Shown here piece by piece: positions 60,101 through 64,000 of a DNA stretch of 64,000 nt. The stretch is from assembly GCA_036339465.1 (NCBI GenBank), contig JAYZAY010000001.1, forward strand, positions 22,707 through 86,706, written 5' to 3'. The notes under the pieces are model-generated. The model saw only the letters and a list, made by a program, of their open reading frames with translations. It had not been told where the DNA came from and made no database searches. The position numbers and the translations under genes were made by a program. This DNA is from Myxococcota bacterium (GTDB taxonomy: Bacteria > Myxococcota > XYA12-FULL-58-9 > JABJBS01). Numbering within the stretch: the first letter of the stretch is position 1; every line of letters starts with the position of its first letter.

Positions 60101-62179
60101 ATTTGCGGCACGAAGCTCAGAGAGTTGCTCCTCCAGACTAACAGCGGCCTCATCGGCCCGGACCTCAGACGCTTCAAACTTCGCCTTCCATTGGGCGGCG
60201 CCTTTGGCCATGTCTTGAAACCGTTGTTGTGTGTTCTCCAGTTGTTGCTCGGTGGATTCGAGAAGGGCGACGGCCCGGTCTTTGGCCGCCACAGCTGCGG
60301 TGAGCTGAGCGGTGGTGGTTTCCAGCTTGCCTTCCAATTCCGCTTTCTTGCCCTCGATATCCTTCAGGCTATCTTGCGTCTTACCAAGTTCCCCCCTCAC
60401 CAGCACCAGTGAAGACTGAACGCCACTCAACTGCTCACCCAATGAAGTAATTTGCGACTGTTTTTCCGAGTTTAACCCAGACGCTGATTCCAATTCCGCC
60501 AACAGACTCTCGATCTCCGTCTCCCTCTTAGACAGTGAATCCCTCAGACCCTCTAATTCCTCAGACTGGTTCCCGAGTTGGTCGCCTTGACGCTTCAAGG
60601 TTGCAGTGGCCGTGGCCAGTGCGCTTTGACCCGCAAAAATCTGAGCCGCCAAGCCTTGTCGCTCGTCATCATTTGCGACACGAAGATCAGAGAGCTGGGC
60701 CTCCAGACGAGAAATCGCCGTACCGGCTGCCAATTCAGATTCTTCAAATTTGGTTTGCCAAGCATCTCGCTCTTGTTCAATGAAAGCGGTGAGAGCCTGT
60801 ACGCCCTCCAATTGACCAGTAACATCTCGAACTAGAGTTTCGTTTTTAGTCAGTGCTGCCGCTAACGCATCCCTTTCCCCGCCCAATGCTTTAACCTGAT
60901 CTTGAAGCAGTTTCATCTGGCGCTTCAGATCCCCAACTTCCATTTCGCGGCTAAAAAGCTTGAATTCGGCAATCTGATCCCGACGTTCGATACCCCCCAC
61001 AATCTTCGCGGTATCGACGTCTTCAGCCTCTCTTGAGGATTTCCCGACGGGAGAAGGCGACTTTGGGCGAACACCTGAGATAGGGTCGGTTGTCTTCAAG
61101 CCAGAAAGCTCGGGCGTAGGTTGACTCGGGGCAAAACCGGTATCATCGTCCACCGCCGGTATCGGCCTACCGCTGTCGACCAAGGCCCCTCCCTTTACAC
61201 CTGCATTCAAAGAAAGAAGCGCATGCCCAAGACTACCCTCAGGCCATTGCCCCCCTCTACCCTGCAAATACGCATCGAGTTTTTCTGACATGGCCATCCT
61301 TGAATCGAAATTCAAGTCCGTGGTCGTCGTAAAATAGGTCGTGGTGGCATCGGATTGTTCATCGCCGACATAGGCCTTCCCGTCGCTTTTCAATGTTAGG
61401 CTCTCTAATTGGGATTTCCCTATAGCCCCACCAAGCCCACGCCCCGCATCCAATTTAACCCCCGAATAGGCCAGGGAGTTATCATCATCACGACAATGAA
61501 TCTTATGGAAATCTGTAATGCCGGCGGTATGAAAAGAAGCATCAATAATCATGGATGCCCGACCTAGATTATTTTCCTTGATATCCTTACCCGTCACTGG
61601 CCCCGAAACCTTTATCTTAAAATCTCCCGCCGGTGGGGCCGCTTTACGCTTAATAAACACCTCGGCTGGATCAGAGAACTGAGTGGAATCCTCAAAGGGT
61701 TTCGGCTCCACCACTTCCCAAAGCGCATCGAAATAGCTCATAGGGTCGTTTGAAGTAACTGCCGAAACTGCCTCAATGGAAAAACCTCCGCTCGGGATGT
61801 TCACAGCATCGGCGACAGGCGAAGGAGGCCCGATCTCGGCAAGTGACTCTAAATCCCTGATAGAAGGCATCTTCGGGGTCAGAGACGGACCGCGCCCCCC
61901 CAGACGCTTTAGGTTAATGGCAGAAGGCAACTTGAGGGTCAGAGACGGACCGCGGCTCAAAGACCCACGAGAGTCCATAAAGGTCGTAATTTTAGCCTTT
62001 AGTTCTGGGCTTAGGTCCAACGTATCGGTGGAGATGCCCCCCCCCAGCACGGTTTCGGGTGGCGCCGCTTTGAGGGCAGTATCCAGCTGCTCTCGTTCCG
62101 TTTCACTAAGCTTTGTCTTGGCGACTTCACGCAACCAATCCGCACTGAGCCCGCCACTTGTTCCCTTGATACCCGTCAT
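54167..62179 (-). CDS. Giant 2670-aa protein: low-complexity N-terminus, repeated coiled coil, divergent SF2-like P-loop module
   Basis: Uninterrupted 8-kb ORF; GGAGG SD; heptad-rich region; LEAGGGKT, LDDYD and HMSAT motifs. Confidence 0.75.
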   Translation of the reverse strand: MTGIKGTSGGLSADWLREVAKTKLSETEREQLDTALKAAPPETVLGGGISTDTLDLSPELKAKITTFMDSRGSLSRGPSLTLKLPSAINLKRLGGRGPSLTPKMPSIRDLESLAEIGPPSPVADAVNIPSGGFSIEAVSAVTSNDPMSYFDALWEVVEPKPFEDSTQFSDPAEVFIKRKAAPPAGDFKIKVSGPVTGKDIKENNLGRASMIIDASFHTAGITDFHKIHCRDDDNSLAYSGVKLDAGRGLGGAIGKSQLESLTLKSDGKAYVGDEQSDATTTYFTTTTDLNFDSRMAMSEKLDAYLQGRGGQWPEGSLGHALLSLNAGVKGGALVDSGRPIPAVDDDTGFAPSQPTPELSGLKTTDPISGVRPKSPSPVGKSSREAEDVDTAKIVGGIERRDQIAEFKLFSREMEVGDLKRQMKLLQDQVKALGGERDALAAALTKNETLVRDVTGQLEGVQALTAFIEQERDAWQTKFEESELAAGTAISRLEAQLSDLRVANDDERQGLAAQIFAGQSALATATATLKRQGDQLGNQSEELEGLRDSLSKRETEIESLLAELESASGLNSEKQSQITSLGEQLSGVQSSLVLVRGELGKTQDSLKDIEGKKAELEGKLETTTAQLTAAVAAKDRAVALLESTEQQLENTQQRFQDMAKGAAQWKAKFEASEVRADEAAVSLEEQLSELRAANDEERQDLAAQILAGQSALAMATDTLKRQANQLGKQSEELEGLRDLLSHREIQISDFLAELESASGLNSESQSQIASLAEQLHGVQSSLVLVRGELGKTQDSLKDIEGKKAELEGKLETTTAQLTAAVAAKELSEALAGTLQVELGRTTQTLRDSESAMSLLGQQLAQVREGSLERIAKLEDQLNQLKSAGSKERQKLTEDILAGEASLAAAATVLSEQEGRLASQAEELADLRPLLAQKELQIGELVKSMKGASAASTTASEEIEGLRSELLEVKTALGKLDGQLVDARATLRAVGREREQRQAELGRVQNSLAVMTTEKERVDALLASAESERDEWKREFKHSQVARKKVMQKLDASSETAANVVQELEGKIASLKAARDLDATAKDALASQLLASQSSLLSTNGALHQHQEELSEKAAELSAVKGALFHKEAQLTRAIEDIQTLSKAGSSDKAQIDALGTELIKIRSQMENVNSELASANDSLTRARNTKSEVESKLRVARVALSEQAGVIDSQAQELDLLRGEVRSQTDQIGGLRDDLKAERRKIGHMEDQAVTREQEWQEQLEQELRVLIGAGGTIDSLTQKLQSKTREFEEAHLALQDAKGTITGKSQQLRTLTEKLEIDQSRLADALSDLDAANQSKGELEEELSGLREELRAAESDLVDNEAYTAHLEKIIGQGLAGIERALAKGQQVLDAAGVSYVQTELKDVSPFLAKLKLSTESAHLDSAPAAKPNATIGLGAFVTLAAETDAKLDKLAPKLNTDLFLRTSYKTGDLPDEYKEIAGNLYRLHEAAKERGNLKEMQTSLWDSYIKVAFLEARSDMGSAKACELTDLLADYFSVMDGDESECDPMFKVVCDRVSGVGELEKTELQGRLLEIKNPGKVRPNNLFANQESGLGGGVGEVMSHWSFVQERGNIKKIRSVRDVIGRAVAASKAGGSLAPSQAALQNLKELTAAYLFSMVLEPELIKHNRLAMLGSFFEVDLPQFRRLYPEVVNADPVLFNVCVLNEHSNMISSRGASARASAAELLADFRGSVTKQALEKYDRELVPLRAEKLPAPKWIELPSIPEEVGNLQGLDVVSAADCRRRLDVIKGLFYQSLEDAKLPRNIDFDAIIERFRSGDIPVEFLAEFDDKGTEFVSELVYPYAVLDSRLSYHKAGKTAKFFKTPASAAEIASLNNPMGDEQISPEARVISDTIGLAFQDAIEGGRLKGCPIGSNQISILQKFRNAVASDKTQVINLEAGGGKTLMSAIAPDLLALDVPTIVHIGPAHPAFKGWDRLESLSDFRQRLARGDGGGDPVWITAESFTSKILPGLADLSSEQGEQAKLQKTLFVLDDYDDNSYRLSTKDGQSSWIQHELNKLGVSRQVHMSATVNQEELRNRTERKEFKVKRAEREVERGGVPTTATRVSGWRESMARLIDRAKMAAQTQKQEFRRDTNFALANGDAKSRFANIVKQQLSEYRPEVGRANHYLIEMPDARIGNRGDSSKTISELDIARTASRLSSQLDGGPVGIGYLTEGGKVMMAVSEDGVPASIQGFSDFKKASEGKGYTVCCLYTRDSVGGDFERFSLEDVRAQAIVYDEHRSSNSVYQHMRRRRPNPNEKTPVTFFLKPEGFKELSVGSISETIVPLSVGMATFLERSNAIYKKNACADEGKRLKGKCLKKGFLYRNRTAQQQFSEIMNSPSGARLKRLYPDAAKEIETIFSRLCTGRAVSVNEDLVASGNALLSALNEIFISQFEKHCPQVIEVAPVSPSRSSAIVAFEARVKGKVGADAADGKAAAVASHILKWLRTTDNGAITEGVWNELDRGYGGVKDYNYQDGKFGQQNLAKAIERYAETQSTDPSVQAELSDLIREGFGVGSDSAYVRSLGVKEYGQARPYAFNLRTVCALSGLRGAARQYFQEVDLYAAKKKEYERAEKEKAQVRQAVKQTFSGPPGCSLSQLESENMQFYRLLCDEIAQEEQKATQVLDEIRTG
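59711..60760. repeat. Internal duplication with a 570-nt (190-aa) period in the giant gene
   Basis: 59711-60190 aligns without gaps to 60281-60760 (e.g. CCTTCAGGCTATCTTGCGTCTTACCAAGTT in both). Confidence 0.9.
61876..61954. repeat. 19-nt direct repeat with a 60-nt period (RGPSLT motif twice)
   Basis: GGGTCAGAGACGGACCGCG at 61876 and 61936. Confidence 0.8.
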
Positions 62180-62562
62180 CTCCCCTCCCCTTCATGACTC
62201 TAAACCGAATCATTCCGAAGACAAACAACCCCGCAGAATACAATTCTAGGGGATCTTAGGGCGCGGGGCCAGTTGGCATACCCTTTACAGAGGAGGTCCT
62301 GTCCGATGAGTGACGCCAAAGATCCACCCATGGTCTCAGTTTTTTCCTTTCAACATATGACGCACCCAGATCCCCCCCCGTCAATACAAGCACCCCCAAC
62401 CCAAAACCCTTGGCTCCACCAAAGGCACTTGCCTTCGAAAAGCACCTCTCCAACAGTGCCTGAGGAATCACCCTTTAACCTTTGCCCTGAGTTTGAGCCC
62501 AAACGGTTTTCTTCGCGCTTTTCGAATGCTAGGAGGGGCCATTGCTTTCCTACGGAGCTTCA

Positions 62563-62937
62563 GTGAACCCTCTCTTCCTATCCCTGACCGCAACCAGTGG
62601 CTTGCTCGCCGTAGCCTTAGGGGCCTTTGGCGCACACGGCCTTAAGTCCAGAATTTCTCCAGAACTGCTGCAGATTTATCAGACGGCGGTACAATATCAC
62701 TTCGCCCACACCTTTGCCTTGGGATTCAATACACTGGCATTGGCCATGGACCCAACCGCCACCTCAACCGCCGCGAATTGGTTTTTTGTCGCTGGTATCC
62801 TCCTCTTTTCAGGGAGCCTCTACTTGATGGCCATCACCAGTCTGAAATGGTGGGGAGCCATCACGCCTATCGGGGGGACACTTTGGATCGTTGCATGGGG
62901 TTTGATGATCCGGAGCGCACTCATGGCCAAGCTCTAA
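62563..62937 (+). CDS. DUF423 (YgdD/TMEM256) membrane protein
   Basis: AVALGAFGAHGL, TAVQYHFAH, LFSGSLY, GAITPIGG. Confidence 0.92.
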   Translation: MNPLFLSLTATSGLLAVALGAFGAHGLKSRISPELLQIYQTAVQYHFAHTFALGFNTLALAMDPTATSTAANWFFVAGILLFSGSLYLMAITSLKWWGAITPIGGTLWIVAWGLMIRSALMAKL

Positions 62938-63994
62938 ATACCGATCGGATAACCACCGAAGAGCCCAGCAAGAGAATTAACAAAACCCAGCCCGATGAAG
63001 TTTGCTGGCAGCCAGGTGGACCTTCGTCGCCCAAATAACTATTCTCAAGGCGAATTTCCACAGAGTTTGCAACCCCATTGGGTGGCGCGCACCGGGACGC
63101 ACAATCATCATCGCAGTAGCCATTTGCCAAAGCCTTTGGATACTTAAACACCACCCCAGATCGGTCTTCACAAGTTAAGGAGCGCTTCATCACCTCACCG
63201 GGTTGTGCATCGTAAAACATGGTAGATAATCGGTCGACTTGCGGGCAGTTTCCCATAGTAAAACCATCCGCATCGACGCAGGTATGGTCAAAACCGATGG
63301 CGTGACCAAGTTCGTGCACCGCAGTATTCAGTATATCTTGGCCCGAGTCCAAACCATCAACCATCGCCATGGAATGCCGAAAAGAGTTAAATTCCACATC
63401 GGCATCAAGGATTCGCCCAGTCAGGGCGCTGTAGGTCACAGTCGCTAACGCAATCACGAGGTTATTACGGCCCGTGTGGGGCCACATCGAATCCCGAAAG
63501 ATTAGAATGTTTTCGTTGACCGAAGGGTTGAGATAGTCGTAACCAACAAACCCGTTTTCGGTAAAACTCACCTCACCCTCAAAAGTGGATTGATTGTAGA
63601 GCTGGAGATCTGTTCCGGTCACCTGGGATGGACACTCCTCTTCATGGCCGCCGGCCGCCGGAGAATTTTCGGGCAACCCCCACACCCTCAGAGCCTCGAG
63701 TAGGGCGCCTACGGCTAAGTCATCAGCGAGATCTGATGTCGCGTCTTGGTGAATTTTAAAGAGAATTTCGCGCTGGAACCATGAGAGAGAAGAAGGCTCT
63801 TGGCTCGGTGGCGCCCGCTCTACCCGGCTACAATAGTACCCGAGCCCCGTGCGCGGCAGCAAAACCACGCCCAGTCCCAAAATAGCCCAAAAAACAAAAA
63901 ATCTTTGTGGGCAACGGGCTGGAGGCAGGTTCAATCTGAGTCCGTCAAAACACATGGGCACAAATAAAACAGCCATCGTCAAGATGGGGCTCAA
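62921..63994 (-). CDS. Matrixin-like (M10) zinc metalloprotease with a MYXO-CTERM-like sorting tail; start uncertain
   Basis: ILDADVEFN, HELGHAIGFDH, STM Met-turn; C-terminal GCQQT..WVLLILLL...R. Confidence 0.82.
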   Translation of the reverse strand: MSPILTMAVLFVPMCFDGLRLNLPPARCPQRFFVFWAILGLGVVLLPRTGLGYYCSRVERAPPSQEPSSLSWFQREILFKIHQDATSDLADDLAVGALLEALRVWGLPENSPAAGGHEEECPSQVTGTDLQLYNQSTFEGEVSFTENGFVGYDYLNPSVNENILIFRDSMWPHTGRNNLVIALATVTYSALTGRILDADVEFNSFRHSMAMVDGLDSGQDILNTAVHELGHAIGFDHTCVDADGFTMGNCPQVDRLSTMFYDAQPGEVMKRSLTCEDRSGVVFKYPKALANGYCDDDCASRCAPPNGVANSVEIRLENSYLGDEGPPGCQQTSSGWVLLILLLGSSVVIRSVFRAWP

Positions 63995-64000
63995 AGTAGG

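Noticed and set aside
54167..62179. The giant protein as SMC or a phage tape-measure protein
   Set aside because: No N-terminal Walker A, hinge or LSGG signature; the P-loop is C-terminal and SF2-like; no phage genes nearby

Overview
A gene-dense, roughly 50% GC window from what appears to be an uncultured Myxococcota-like bacterium, inferred from a RomR-like regulator, a MYXO-CTERM-like tail, PEGA/kelch proteins and Cys-rich lipoproteins. Housekeeping blocks: fabG-like/fadI, djlA, trpCFBA, ffh, a MaoC pair, lon, MoxR/DUF58, queA-yajC-secD-secF, an LPP20-protease-LpoB-COG3014 cluster, arginase, msrB and an MCP. I saw no rRNA, tRNA, CRISPR array, IS, integrase or phage gene. The most unusual signals are: (1) a stand-alone 519-aa protein with a T3SS needle/EspA/Bsp22-like C-terminal helix and an internal GDPH-containing DUF1521/MIIA-like autocleavage domain; (2) a 2670-aa protein with about 190-aa repeated coiled-coil units and a divergent SF2-helicase-like ATPase module; (3) a candidate ncRNA between convergent genes, with a near-consensus sigma70 promoter followed by a 34-bp G.U-rich stem; (4) a second long G.U-rich hairpin and other long ORF-less intergenic regions; (5) a RomR with a degenerate phospho-acceptor site; (6) steroid 5-alpha-reductase-like and TesI-like genes. 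All family assignments come from reading motifs by eye; no searches were run.
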